From Alphaproteobacteria bacterium (GTDB lineage Bacteria; Pseudomonadota; Alphaproteobacteria; SP197): DNA of 64,000 bases. The stretch covers positions 2,699,753 through 2,763,752 of the forward strand of contig OZ244844.1 in NCBI GenBank assembly GCA_965220805.1, read 5' to 3'. Made by a program: the position numbers and the translations under genes. The stretch's first letter is position 1; the number at the start of each line of letters is the position of its first letter. Positions 1 to 11,253 of the stretch are shown one piece after another. The notes beneath the pieces were generated by a model that worked only from the letters and a program-made list of their open reading frames with translations, ran no database searches and was not told the DNA's origin.

Positions 1-291
1 CGATGCCCATGCCCTGGCGATCACGGCGCGCCAGTATCCTTCCTGATGCGTGACAGGGCCGGCGGAACATCGGGCGAGGCGCGCAATTGCTGCCCGTTGC
101 CCGGCGGTTCGTCACGGGCGAAAACCGTGTCTGGCACACCGCGGCGACGGCCCGCCATCTGGGGATAAAACCATCAAACCGCCATACTGTCATGAGGCGC
201 TCATGGTAACATTCGCCCGAGAATGTTCATTGTGAATGTCCGGCGCGCTTGGGCGTGGCCAGAGTGCGCCTGGAACGACGAGGGAGCAATC

Positions 292-1173
292 ATGGGCAAG
301 ACTTGTGGAACGTTGTTCGCTGGTGCGGTGGCGCTTCTTCTGGCCGGGTGTGGAACACCGGAATCGATTGATCGTGTCGCCGGAATGGACACTGCGGATG
401 ATCCCTTCCTCCAGCATCTTCACGACGGCTATGTTGACCTCGCGCGCAAGGAAGCGGCGTACTACGACTGGCTCGACGCCTCGACGTTTCGCGACAGGGC
501 AGAGATGGTGGCACAGGGCGTTGCGGTCGAACCGTGGGATCCCACAGGCTGGCGCATCGACTCGGCGGAGCAGATGGACCTTCTCGTCAGCGAACGGGCG
601 AACCTGATGGCCGAACTGGAGGCAGGCGACAGGGTTGAGCGTCCGGAGGCTGCTGCCCGCGCACAGACGAGTTTCGACTGCTGGATCGAGGAGACCGAAG
701 AAGGTCCCGTCCATCCCGGTCCGATCGCGTCCCATCAGGAGGCCGAGATAGCGTCGTGTCGCGATGTCTTCTACGCAGCCATGGAAGAGCTCCTCTACGT
801 CGAGCCGGAACCGGAACCGGAGCCGGTGCCTGAACCCGAGCCGCAAACGGAGTTTGTCGTTTATTTCGCCTGGAACATTGCCGACCTCTCGGAGATTGCG
901 ACAGGATTTCTCGATAGCGTCGTGTCGGAGGCCGTGCGCCAGCAGCCGTCGTCCATCGTCATATCCGGGCACGCTGACACCTCGGGAGAGAGTGATTTCA
1001 ACCTCGATCTTTCCAGGGAGCGTGTCGAGGCGGTCGCGGCTCACATGGTGGCGGCAGGGATCGATCCCTCGATCCTTGTTGTCGAGTGGTATGGAGAGGC
1101 CGTGCCGGCGATCGAGACCGGCGATGGCGTGCGCAACCCGGGCAACCGGCGTGTCGAAGTCTCGTTCGAGTGA
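292..1173 (+). CDS. OmpA-family lipoprotein (C-terminal OmpA/PG-binding domain, PE-rich linker)
   Basis: Lipobox LLLAGC after ATG292 (GAGGGAG upstream); GHADTSG...NLDLSRERVEAV...NRRVEV OmpA motifs. Confidence 0.88.
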   Translation: MGKTCGTLFAGAVALLLAGCGTPESIDRVAGMDTADDPFLQHLHDGYVDLARKEAAYYDWLDASTFRDRAEMVAQGVAVEPWDPTGWRIDSAEQMDLLVSERANLMAELEAGDRVERPEAAARAQTSFDCWIEETEEGPVHPGPIASHQEAEIASCRDVFYAAMEELLYVEPEPEPEPVPEPEPQTEFVVYFAWNIADLSEIATGFLDSVVSEAVRQQPSSIVISGHADTSGESDFNLDLSRERVEAVAAHMVAAGIDPSILVVEWYGEAVPAIETGDGVRNPGNRRVEVSFE

Positions 1174-1183
1174 CGCCGCCGCG

Positions 1184-1540
1184 ATGACGGGTGAATCCCG
1201 CCGCATCGTCCGGCGCAGCGACGATCTTTCCGGGTTTGTGCCCTATGACCGTTACGGCGAGGCCATTCCCGGGCTGTCGTGGATCAACATGAGCCTTGAT
1301 CCCGAGACCGGGTGCGGATCCTATCTGCTGCACCTCGAACCGGGCTATTCGTCTCTCCCCCATGAGCACGTCGGCCATGAGGACTTTCTCGTGGTCGACG
1401 GTGAACTCATCGATGACGACGGAAGCGTCTTCCGCCAGGGGGACTTCGTGTCGTTCAGACCGGGGACGATTCACTCGTCGACCACCCGAACCGGTTGTAC
1501 GCTCGCCGTCTTCCTGCGCACGTCCAATCGCCTGATCTGA
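1184..1540 (+). CDS. ChrR-like cupin domain protein
   Basis: HEHxGxEDFLVVDG...FRPGTIHS cupin metal motifs; start trimmed from ORF 764..1540. Confidence 0.8.
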   Translation: MTGESRRIVRRSDDLSGFVPYDRYGEAIPGLSWINMSLDPETGCGSYLLHLEPGYSSLPHEHVGHEDFLVVDGELIDDDGSVFRQGDFVSFRPGTIHSSTTRTGCTLAVFLRTSNRLI

Positions 1541-1631
1541 CCGCCCCGGGGCGAATTCCGCCGCCTTGCGGTTGTGCACTGTCCGGATGCCCGGAGGCGG
1601 ACAACGGTCCGCCGGTACTTCTCCCGCACAA

Positions 1632-1669
1632 GAAAAAGGGGGGCCATGGCACTGCCACGGCCCCCCTTT
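1632..1669 (-). terminator. Intrinsic terminator of groESL
   Basis: AAAGGGGGGCC...GGCCCCCCTTT stem with T-tract on the minus strand just after the groEL stop. Confidence 0.8.
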
Positions 1670-1694
1670 CGGAGAGTGCTCGGTGAGCAGGGGG

Positions 1695-3383
<1,689 letters not shown>

Positions 3384-3412
3384 TTAGGGGCGGGTGCAAT
3401 GCGGCTGTCGCC

Positions 3413-3697
3413 CTAGAGAACACCCATGATGTCGGATTCCTTCATGACGAGGAGATCCTCGCCGTCGATCTTGATTTCGGTGCCTGACCACTTGCCGAAC
3501 AGCACCCGGTCACCCTTGGCGACATCGAGCGGCTGAACGGAGCCGCGGTCGTCACGTGCTCCCGGCCCGACGGCAATCACTTCGCCTTCCATCGGCTTTT
3601 CCCTGGCAGTGTCAGGGATGATGATCCCGCCCGTGGACACCTCGTCGCTGTCAGTACGGCGCACGAGAACGCGGTCATGCAACGGTCTGAAACCCAT
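3413..3697 (-). CDS. groS: Co-chaperonin GroES
   Basis: [10 protein letters not shown]...[13 protein letters not shown]...MKESDIMG; RBS GAGGAAGAGAG. Confidence 0.98.
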   Translation of the reverse strand: MGFRPLHDRVLVRRTDSDEVSTGGIIIPDTAREKPMEGEVIAVGPGARDDRGSVQPLDVAKGDRVLFGKWSGTEIKIDGEDLLVMKESDIMGVL

Positions 3698-3746
3698 GAG
3701 CTCTCTTCCTCTTCGTAAGTGGCGGGACCGGCTCCCGCCATGTGTG

Positions 3747-3773
3747 TTGGCACTCGCCGCCGGCGAGTGCCAA
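3747..3773. promoter_or_regulatory. CIRCE (HrcA operator)
   Basis: TTGGCACTC-N9-GAGTGCCAA upstream of groES. Confidence 0.92.
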
Positions 3774-3776
3774 CAC

Positions 3777-3804
3777 ACATGGTGACGCGTTCGCCCCTGT
3801 CAAG
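3777..3804 (-). promoter_or_regulatory. Putative RpoH/sigma70-type promoter of groESL
   Basis: Minus strand CTTGAC-N16-CCATGT immediately upstream of CIRCE. Confidence 0.55.
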
Positions 3805-4317
3805 ACCGTTTCGTCTGCCAGGGTCCCCGCATCGTTTGGGACGCGACGCACCAGCCTGCGATGGCGCCGCAAAGAGGCATGGTGGTGGCAAGGTTGCCCC
3901 GGACGCTCGCCGTCGCAACGACCTCCGGGGGCCGGGGAGCCGCGACAACACTCTTGAAAGGGGAGCCGCCAACCCTCCCTTGCGGCGGCCGTCACCGACG
4001 CGACGGTGCGTGAACCGGCATGCCTGACTTGCATGCTGGTCACCCGGGGCGCAAGGGCATGTGGATCGAGGGATGTCCTGCTCCAGAGTCCCAACGGCTT
4101 CCACGCGACCCATCCGCCGGCTGGCATCGCGGTGTTGGAGATCTCCCGAGAGGTTTCCACCCCTGCGGCGGGCCCCGGAGCGCGCAGGCAAGCAGGACAC
4201 GTCATGCTTCCCCGCCGCCGGCGAGCGCGGGATGTCAACTCCGGGGTGGTAGAGGTGCTGGAGTGTGTGCTATGAGTGCGGACTGGCGGTGAACTGTTGA
4301 GGAGGCACAAAGGCGCC

Positions 4318-5256
4318 ATGGCAGTAACAGACAGTGCCCGGACCGTAACCTATGGGGACGCTCCGCAGACCTCCCTGATCTTCCGCGTGAACGCCCTCTT
4401 CCTGCGTCACGAGTGGATCAGGGGATACTCCCTGCTATCGCCGACCCTGCTGGTGATGGTCATGCTGATGTGCCTGCCGGTCTTCATGCTGGTGACCTAC
4501 AGCTTCTGGACCCAGAACTATCTGGACATCGACAGGACGTTCACTCTTGCCAACTACGAGGCCTTCTTCCAGAAGCCCATCTATGTCGCCCTGATCATGA
4601 AGTCGATCAGGATGTCGCTCTTCTGCACCTTCGCGACGATCATCCTCGCCTACCCGATGGCCTACTTCATCGCCTTCAAGGTCAAGAGCAACAAGCTGGT
4701 CTGGCTCATTCTCATCACCGTGCCGTTCTGGACGAGCTATCTGCTTCGCGTTTTCGCCTGGAAGGTCATCCTCGGGTACAACGGTGTCGTCAACTCGGGC
4801 CTCATCAGTGTCGGCGTAATCGACGAACCCCTGCAGTTCCTGCTCTACAATCCCACGGCCGTGGTGCTGACCCTGGCGCACGCCTGGGCCGCCTTCGCCA
4901 TTCTTCCCATCTACGTCTCGCTGGAGAAGATCGACAGATCCTACCTTGAGGCCGCCACCGATCTGGGTGACACCCCGTCGGAGCGTTTCTGGCGGGTGAC
5001 CTGGCCGCTATCGCTTCCCGGTGTCATCGCGGCGGGCCTTCTGGTCTTCATCCCGACCGTTGCCGATTACGTGACACCGCGCCTTGTGGGCGGCACGACA
5101 GGCATCATGATCGGCAACATCATCCAGTCGCAGTTCGGCAAGGCCAACAACTGGCCGCTGGGCGCGGCGCTGTCCGTGATTGTCATGTTGATGATTGCCT
5201 TCCTGGTGGTTGTCTTCATTGTCACGACGACCCGCGGAAGGGCGAAATCCGCATGA
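4318..5256 (+). CDS. Polyamine-type ABC permease (PotB-like)
   Basis: PFWTSYLLRVFAW, EAA loop LEAATDLG; RBS GAGGAGG. Confidence 0.9.
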   Translation: MAVTDSARTVTYGDAPQTSLIFRVNALFLRHEWIRGYSLLSPTLLVMVMLMCLPVFMLVTYSFWTQNYLDIDRTFTLANYEAFFQKPIYVALIMKSIRMSLFCTFATIILAYPMAYFIAFKVKSNKLVWLILITVPFWTSYLLRVFAWKVILGYNGVVNSGLISVGVIDEPLQFLLYNPTAVVLTLAHAWAAFAILPIYVSLEKIDRSYLEAATDLGDTPSERFWRVTWPLSLPGVIAAGLLVFIPTVADYVTPRLVGGTTGIMIGNIIQSQFGKANNWPLGAALSVIVMLMIAFLVVVFIVTTTRGRAKSA

Positions 5257-6158
5257 CCGACACGACTGCCCAGGGGAGCCTGACGGCTCAAAAGGCCGCA
5301 CAGGATCAGCGCGGCGAGGAAGCGCCACAGTACTTCGCCTCCAAGCATGAGGGATATCACTGGACCGCCGAGGCACCGATGTTCCTCTACGCGGTGTGGT
5401 ATCTCGCCTTCCTGTACATTCCGGTGCTGTTCCTGCCGCTGTTTTCGTTCAACGACTCCATCTATGTCGCCTTTCCGCTCAAGGGCTTTTCCCTCGAGTG
5501 GTACGGCGACATGGTGGGCACGCAGCAGTTGCTCGAGGCTCTGGCCAACAGCATCAAGGTGGGTGGCGCCGTGGCGGTCCTGTCAACGGTCCTCGGGCTG
5601 TTCGCAGCCAAGGCCATGACGCGCTACGTGATGCCTGGCAAGGGCGCCATCACGGCTTTCATCATGCTGCCGCTGGTCGTGCCGGGCATCATTCTCGGCA
5701 TCTCGCTGCTGGTGATCACCAACATGATAGGGATGGAACTCTCTCTCTACACCATCGGCCTCGCGCACACGCTGGTCAGCGTGCCGTTTGCCATGCTGGT
5801 GCTGATTTCCCGTCTCGAAGGCTTTGACAAGAACCTCGAGGAAGCCTCGCTCGACCTTGGCGAGGGTCCGTTCCGGACCTTTTTCCGGGTGACCCTGCCG
5901 CTTGCCTGGCCGGGCATCCTGGCGAGTCTGCTTCTCACCTTCACCATCTCCTTCGACGAGTTCATCCTTGCCTTCTTCCTGGCGGGCAACGAAGCGACGC
6001 TGCCGGTCTACATCTGGAGTCAGCTGCGCTTCCCGAGCAGATTGCCGATGGTGCTGGCCCTTGGCGCCACCATCCTGATCTTCTCGTTCTTCATCGTGAC
6101 TGTCGCCGAGGTGTTGCGCAGACGCGGTGTCGGCCCGCAGAGCGGATCGGCGATCTGA
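5253..6158 (+). CDS. Polyamine-type ABC permease (PotC-like)
   Basis: FLYIPV..FSFN, LEEASLDLG, FTISFDEF; ATGA overlap. Confidence 0.9.
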   Translation: MTDTTAQGSLTAQKAAQDQRGEEAPQYFASKHEGYHWTAEAPMFLYAVWYLAFLYIPVLFLPLFSFNDSIYVAFPLKGFSLEWYGDMVGTQQLLEALANSIKVGGAVAVLSTVLGLFAAKAMTRYVMPGKGAITAFIMLPLVVPGIILGISLLVITNMIGMELSLYTIGLAHTLVSVPFAMLVLISRLEGFDKNLEEASLDLGEGPFRTFFRVTLPLAWPGILASLLLTFTISFDEFILAFFLAGNEATLPVYIWSQLRFPSRLPMVLALGATILIFSFFIVTVAEVLRRRGVGPQSGSAI

Positions 6159-6218
6159 CCGGATCGCAGAGGAATGACCCGGTACATTTTCACCTTGCAA
6201 CCTTGACGGACAGGGCTC

Positions 6219-7316
6219 ATGGCACGTGACGACTACATCTCGATGAGAAACACGTCAAAGCACTTCGGCAGCGTCAAGGCTGTCGACGATGTGACCTTCG
6301 ACATCGGCGAGGGAGAGTTCTTCTCCCTTCTCGGCGCCTCCGGGTGCGGCAAGACGACTCTGCTGCGGATGCTGGCGGGTTTCGAGCAGCCCACCCTGGG
6401 CAACATCTTCATCGATGGCCAGCCGCAGGCCGGGGTGCCGCCACACCATCGTCCGGTCAACATGGTGTTCCAGAACTACGCCATCTTTCCGCATCTCAAC
6501 GTCAACCGGAACATCGCCTACGGCATGCGCAAGTCGGGCCTTTCCAAGGCGGAGATTGACCGGCGGGTGGACGAGATGCTCGACCTCATCAAGCTGCCCG
6601 GCTACGGCGCCCGCGGTGCCCACCAGCTGTCCGGTGGCCAGCGCCAGCGCGTTGCCTTGGCGCGCGCCCTCATCAAGCAGCCCAAGGTGCTGCTGCTCGA
6701 TGAGCCCCTCGGTGCTCTTGACAAGAAACTGCGGGAACAGATGCAGCTTGAATTGCGGGCTCTCCAGCGCGATGTCGGCATCACCTTCGTGTTCGTCACA
6801 CACGATCAGGAAGAGGCCATGACGATGTCCGACCGCATCGCGGTCATGTCGCTTGGCCAGGTTCTGCAGATCGATTCACCGGCCCGGCTCTACGAGGTGC
6901 CGCAGGTCAAGGAAGTGGCGGACTTCATCGGTACGGTCAATCTCTTCGAAGGCGCCATCAAGGGCCGGGAGGGCGACAGCACCATCGTCGACGCAGAGGG
7001 TCTGGGGACCGTTCGCTCGACGGCCTCCGGCACCGAGGCACCCGAAGCGGGACCGATCACCGTCGCCATTCGCCCCGAGAAGTTCCGGCTGACCTTCTCT
7101 GAACCGGAAGCGGTAGGGAACATGGTGACCGGCACGATGCAGGCGGCAGCCTATCTTGGCGACCGCAGTCACTACTATGTCACCGTGGACGGGCGAGAGG
7201 AGCCGATTGCCGTCGCCGCCCAGAATGCCGAGCGTCAGCTCTCCGTTCTCGGCCAGCACCATGAACGTGTCTGGCTGACCTGGAATGACGATTCGGCCCT
7301 GTTGCTGACCGCCTGA
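6219..7316 (+). CDS. Polyamine-type ABC ATPase (PotA-like)
   Basis: [31 protein letters not shown] tail. Confidence 0.93.
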   Translation: MARDDYISMRNTSKHFGSVKAVDDVTFDIGEGEFFSLLGASGCGKTTLLRMLAGFEQPTLGNIFIDGQPQAGVPPHHRPVNMVFQNYAIFPHLNVNRNIAYGMRKSGLSKAEIDRRVDEMLDLIKLPGYGARGAHQLSGGQRQRVALARALIKQPKVLLLDEPLGALDKKLREQMQLELRALQRDVGITFVFVTHDQEEAMTMSDRIAVMSLGQVLQIDSPARLYEVPQVKEVADFIGTVNLFEGAIKGREGDSTIVDAEGLGTVRSTASGTEAPEAGPITVAIRPEKFRLTFSEPEAVGNMVTGTMQAAAYLGDRSHYYVTVDGREEPIAVAAQNAERQLSVLGQHHERVWLTWNDDSALLLTA

Positions 7317-7356
7317 ACCACCGCAACCCTCGCCTGCGGGCGAGTGCAGGGAAGCG

Positions 7357-8538
7357 ATGCGCTACAGCGCAACGATTGCGCGCCTTGAGAACGAGGGGTC
7401 ACGGGCGTGGGACATTCATGCCCGCGCCCTGGAGGAGTGTCGTCGCGGACGTGATGTCATCCTCCTCAGCATCGGCGATCCCGACTTTCCCACGCCGCCC
7501 GGTATTGTCGATGCCCTCGTGGAGAGTGTTTCGCGGGGCGACACCCACTATGGGGAAGTGGACGGCGCCAGGGAGTTGAGGCGCGCCATTGCCGAAAGGC
7601 ACGCCAGCGACACCGGAACGGATGTCACCTGGGAAAATGTCACCGTGACGCCCGGCGCCCAGGGTGCGCTTTTCGGAGCCATCATGTGTCTCGCCCAGGC
7701 TGGCGACGAAGTGGTGGTGCCGCAGCCCTGCTACGTGACCTATGATTCGGTGGTCCAGGCCAGCGGCGCCACGCTGGTCAGCATTCCCCTGCGACCCGAA
7801 CGGGCGTTCCATCTCGATCCTGATGATGTTGCGGCGGCCATCAGCCCGAGAACACGGGCGGTCCTGATCAACACGCCGCACAACCCGACGGGAGCTGCCC
7901 TTGGCCGGGACGAGCTCGAAGGGCTGGCGCATCTCTGTCGAACTCACGACCTGTGGCTTGTCAGCGACGAGGTCTACAGCCGGACTCTCTTCGATGGCCG
8001 CCGGCATGTCTCCCCCTTCAGCCTTTCGGACATGACGTCGCGTTGTGTCGTCATTGACAGCCTCTCCAAGTCCCACGCGATGACCGGGTGGCGTGTCGGC
8101 TGGACAGTGGCTCCCGTGGCATTTGCCCGGCACATGTACAATCTGGCATTGGCGATTCACTACGGATTGCCGACATTCATCCAGACGGCGGCCATCGAGG
8201 CGGTTCGCGGGGATTATCACGAGGTCGGGGAGATGACGCGGCGCTACCAGGGACGTCTCGATCTGATATGTGAGAGCCTGGCCTCCTGCCGCAATCTTGC
8301 TGTCGTCAGGCCCCAGGGCGCCTGTTTCATGATGATCGATGTGCGCGCCACGGGTCTCTCCTCCATGGACTTTTCCTGGAGGCTGCTCGAGGAAGCCGGC
8401 GTCGCCGTTCTGGCTTGCGAGAGTTTCGGCCCTTCCGCTGCCGGTTTCGTCAGACTGTCGCTGACGGCATCCGACGACGATCTCCGCCGTGCCGGAGAAC
8501 GCATTGCCGGTTTCGCCGCCACATTGCCCGGCGGCTGA
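7357..8538 (+). CDS. PLP class I aminotransferase, AruH (arginine:pyruvate)-like
   Basis: MRYS...AWDIH...LLSIGDPDF N-terminus typical of AruH-like enzymes; DSLSKSHAMTGWRVG. Confidence 0.82.
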   Translation: MRYSATIARLENEGSRAWDIHARALEECRRGRDVILLSIGDPDFPTPPGIVDALVESVSRGDTHYGEVDGARELRRAIAERHASDTGTDVTWENVTVTPGAQGALFGAIMCLAQAGDEVVVPQPCYVTYDSVVQASGATLVSIPLRPERAFHLDPDDVAAAISPRTRAVLINTPHNPTGAALGRDELEGLAHLCRTHDLWLVSDEVYSRTLFDGRRHVSPFSLSDMTSRCVVIDSLSKSHAMTGWRVGWTVAPVAFARHMYNLALAIHYGLPTFIQTAAIEAVRGDYHEVGEMTRRYQGRLDLICESLASCRNLAVVRPQGACFMMIDVRATGLSSMDFSWRLLEEAGVAVLACESFGPSAAGFVRLSLTASDDDLRRAGERIAGFAATLPGG

Positions 8539-8557
8539 GGTGAGGGGGACCACGAAG

Positions 8558-9091
8558 ATGCGCGATCGTCTGCGGCACGCCCTTCCGTTTCTGGCCTTCG
8601 CCGCCCTTGCCGTGTCCCTGGCGATCGGTCTCGGGCGCGATCCGTCGCACGTGCCGTCGGCCCTCATCGGCGATCCGGTGCCTGCGATCGTTCTGCCTGC
8701 GGTGGAGAACCACGGGCCATCCTTCACGTCGAAGGATTTCCAGGGAGAAGCCACGCTTGTCAATGTCTTCGCTTCCTGGTGCGCGAGCTGCCTCGACGAA
8801 CACCCCTTGCTGATGGAGATCGCTGCCGGAGGTGCGGCGCGAATCTTCGGTCTTGCCTACAAGGACGAACCCGCGGCGGCGTCCGCGTGGCTGGATCGCC
8901 ATGGCAACCCCTATGCCGCCACTGCCACCGACTTCGATGGCAGGGGAGGGGTGGAATGGGGTGTGCGGGGAGTCCCCGAGACCTTCGTCGTGGATGCTGG
9001 CGGCATCATTGTTTACAAGCATGTTGGACCAATCACGCGGGAAATCTGGCGCCACGACATGCTGCCCTTGATCACAGGAGCCGGATCGTGA
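8558..9091 (+). CDS. DsbE/CcmG-family thiol:disulfide oxidoreductase
   Basis: PSALIG, NVFASWCASC, GVRGVPETF. Confidence 0.88.
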   Translation: MRDRLRHALPFLAFAALAVSLAIGLGRDPSHVPSALIGDPVPAIVLPAVENHGPSFTSKDFQGEATLVNVFASWCASCLDEHPLLMEIAAGGAARIFGLAYKDEPAAASAWLDRHGNPYAATATDFDGRGGVEWGVRGVPETFVVDAGGIIVYKHVGPITREIWRHDMLPLITGAGS

Positions 9092-9642
9092 CCACGCCAC
9101 TGCGGCCAGTCACCTGGTGGATCCATGCGGTCCTGCTCTGCCTTGCGGTCGGCCTGAAACCGGCGGCGGCCCTCGACACCCTGGCCTGGCTCGATCCCCC
9201 GTTCCAGGTTCCGGAGACCCCCTACCTGGTCGAGGGCGGCGGAACCGGCACCCTTGCCGAGTACAGGGGCAAGGTCATCGTGCTCAACTTCTGGGCGACA
9301 TGGTGTCCACCCTGCATCGAGGAGATGCCCTCGCTCGACCGCCTCGCCGCGCGTCATGCCGGCAGCCATCTCGCCGTCGTCACCATGGCGATGGACAGGG
9401 CGAGCGAGGATAAGATCAGGGCCTTCCATGATGAACACGGGCTTCGTCACCTGACGATCCAGCGTGATCCGGATATGAAGCTGGCACGCTCCATGCGGCT
9501 CTTCGGCCTGCCGACGACCTTTCTCGTCGATCACCGCGGGGGCGTCGTGGCGCAACTGGTCGGCGAGGCGCAGTGGGACTCGGATGAGGCGCTGGCCGTG
9601 ATCTTGCCCCTTGTCGAGGCCGCGGCAGCCGACGCACCCTGA
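9088..9642 (+). CDS. TlpA-family thioredoxin-like protein
   Basis: LNFWATWCPPCIEEMP, GLPTTF; GTG start overlapping upstream stop. Confidence 0.88.
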   Translation: MTTPLRPVTWWIHAVLLCLAVGLKPAAALDTLAWLDPPFQVPETPYLVEGGGTGTLAEYRGKVIVLNFWATWCPPCIEEMPSLDRLAARHAGSHLAVVTMAMDRASEDKIRAFHDEHGLRHLTIQRDPDMKLARSMRLFGLPTTFLVDHRGGVVAQLVGEAQWDSDEALAVILPLVEAAAADAP

Positions 9643-10373
9643 TGGAAATCCACGGGGTTGAACTGGGAGTCGCACTCGCCGCCGGCGTCGTGTCGTTTCT
9701 GTCACCCTGTGTTCTTCCCCTGGTGCCGGCCTACGTGTCCTATGTGGCTGGCGCCTCTCTCGATGATCTTGCAAACCGGGACGACCGAAGACCGGCCATT
9801 ATGGCGGCCAGCCTCATGTTCGTGCTCGGCTTCTCGACCGTGTTCGTGCTGTTCGGTGCCGGTGCGACCGCTGCCGGTGCCTTTGTCCTGCGTCACAGTC
9901 TCCTTCTCATCGATATCGCGGGGATCATCGTCATCCTCTTCGGTCTGGTGATGATGGGCGTGCTGCGCCTGCCGTTCCTGCAGCGCGACGTCAGGTTTCA
10001 TCCGGCCCTGGCCAGGGGCAGGGCAGGGGCCGCCTATGTTCTTGGCGTCGCCTTCGGGTTTGGCTGGACTCCGTGTATCGGGCCGGTGCTCGGGAGCATT
10101 CTTGCCATCGCCGCAACCAAGGCGACGATCACCGGTGGCATTGCCCTCTTGGCCGTCTATGCCCTCGGCCTGGGGTTGCCGTTCCTTGGCGCTGCTCTCT
10201 TTACCGGCTTCTTCGTGCGCCACATGGGAGGACTGGGCCGATTCGGCCATCGTCTGCAGGTGATCGCCGGCGCGGCTCTCGTCGCCATGGGCGTTGCCAT
10301 GCTGGCGGGCTGGGTATCGGCCATGGCCTGGTGGTTGCTGGAGACATTTCCCTTTCTTGCCGGGATCGGCTGA
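9642..10373 (+). CDS. ccdA: CcdA/DsbD-family cytochrome c biogenesis membrane protein
   Basis: SFLSPCVLPLVP and GWTPCIGP motifs. Confidence 0.93.
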   Translation: MEIHGVELGVALAAGVVSFLSPCVLPLVPAYVSYVAGASLDDLANRDDRRPAIMAASLMFVLGFSTVFVLFGAGATAAGAFVLRHSLLLIDIAGIIVILFGLVMMGVLRLPFLQRDVRFHPALARGRAGAAYVLGVAFGFGWTPCIGPVLGSILAIAATKATITGGIALLAVYALGLGLPFLGAALFTGFFVRHMGGLGRFGHRLQVIAGAALVAMGVAMLAGWVSAMAWWLLETFPFLAGIG

Positions 10374-10375
10374 CC

Positions 10376-10732
10376 ATGGCGTCTACGGAGTATGATGCCT
10401 ATTACGCCATCATCCGCCGGATTCCCGAGGGGAGGGTCATGACCTATGGTGACGTCGCACGGGCTGCCGGATATGCGGGCCGCGCCCGACGGGTCGGCTA
10501 TGCACTCGCCTGCTGCGGTGATCCGTCGCTTCCCTGGTGGCGGGTGATCAACGCACAGGGCCGGGCAAGCCGCAGCAACGGCCGTTCCATCGGCGCCGAC
10601 GAGCAGGAACATCACCTGAGGCACGAAGGCATCGCGATGGATGCCCGCGGCACCGTCGACCTCGCCCGGTACCGTTTCATCATCGATCCCGATGAGACTG
10701 AAGGTCTGGTCGCGGAGATGCGTGATCCGTGA
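10376..10732 (+). CDS. Alkyltransferase-like protein (ATL/YbaZ type)
   Basis: IPEGRVMTYGDVA...PWWRVINAQG (Trp in place of MGMT Cys). Confidence 0.88.
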   Translation: MASTEYDAYYAIIRRIPEGRVMTYGDVARAAGYAGRARRVGYALACCGDPSLPWWRVINAQGRASRSNGRSIGADEQEHHLRHEGIAMDARGTVDLARYRFIIDPDETEGLVAEMRDP

Positions 10733-10771
10733 GGTGACGCACCGGTATCGACTTCAGCGCAAGGGTTTTGG

Positions 10772-10813
10772 TGCGGCCCCGATTCCAACCAGATCGAGAT
10801 GGCCTTCTCGAGG
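10772..10813 (+). pseudogene. Relic of an IS630-family transposase C-terminal motif
   Basis: Encodes CGPDSNQIEMAFSR; each deviation from YSPDFNPIEMAFSK is one nucleotide. Confidence 0.5.
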
Positions 10814-11221
10814 GTACCATGCATGCGACTGTGCAACCCGTCCCATATGGAATTGAATCAACATGGGAAGCCAACTACCCGACCAAAGAGGAAAAGACCG
10901 GATGTCGCGTGAGAGGCTCTTGTGGTGCGTTGTGGTGAAGTTTGACGAAGAGTCCCTCAAGGAAACTGACCAATAGGATTCTCGGTGTTTGTCCGCTCGC
11001 GCTGAATCGCCTCAAGTGCCACATTCGCGTTCAGTTTCGCTGCTTGCTGTTCATCCGCATTCCTCCGTCACGCAGTGGAGCACACCATATCGACCTGAAC
11101 GGCTCTTCGAGACCGCCTCGGATTTGCGAAGGCAGAGGGCAGGCCCTTCAGAGAAAGCGTAGTGGCGACCAGTGCGTCTTCCCCGGGGTCCGTAATCCTC
11201 TCTTCTTGACTGTTGAGCAAA

Positions 11222-11246
11222 AGTCGTTACCTATTGGGTAACGACT
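11222..11246. promoter_or_regulatory. Palindromic operator upstream of the TA module
   Basis: AGTCGTTACC-N5-GGTAACGACT perfect 10-bp arms; TTGACT at 11206-11211. Confidence 0.7.
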
Positions 11247-11253
11247 ATATTCC

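Noticed and set aside
802-845. CCGGAA-type 6-bp repeats
   Set aside because: Ordinary Pro-Glu linker of the OmpA protein.
1184-1540. Cupin as a possible DMSP lyase
   Set aside because: Motif pattern fits ChrR-like cupins and no ddd/acuI context is present.
3805-4300. Long intergenic region as possible sRNA or riboswitch
   Set aside because: No recognisable conserved motif or terminator by eye; would need an Rfam/Infernal scan.
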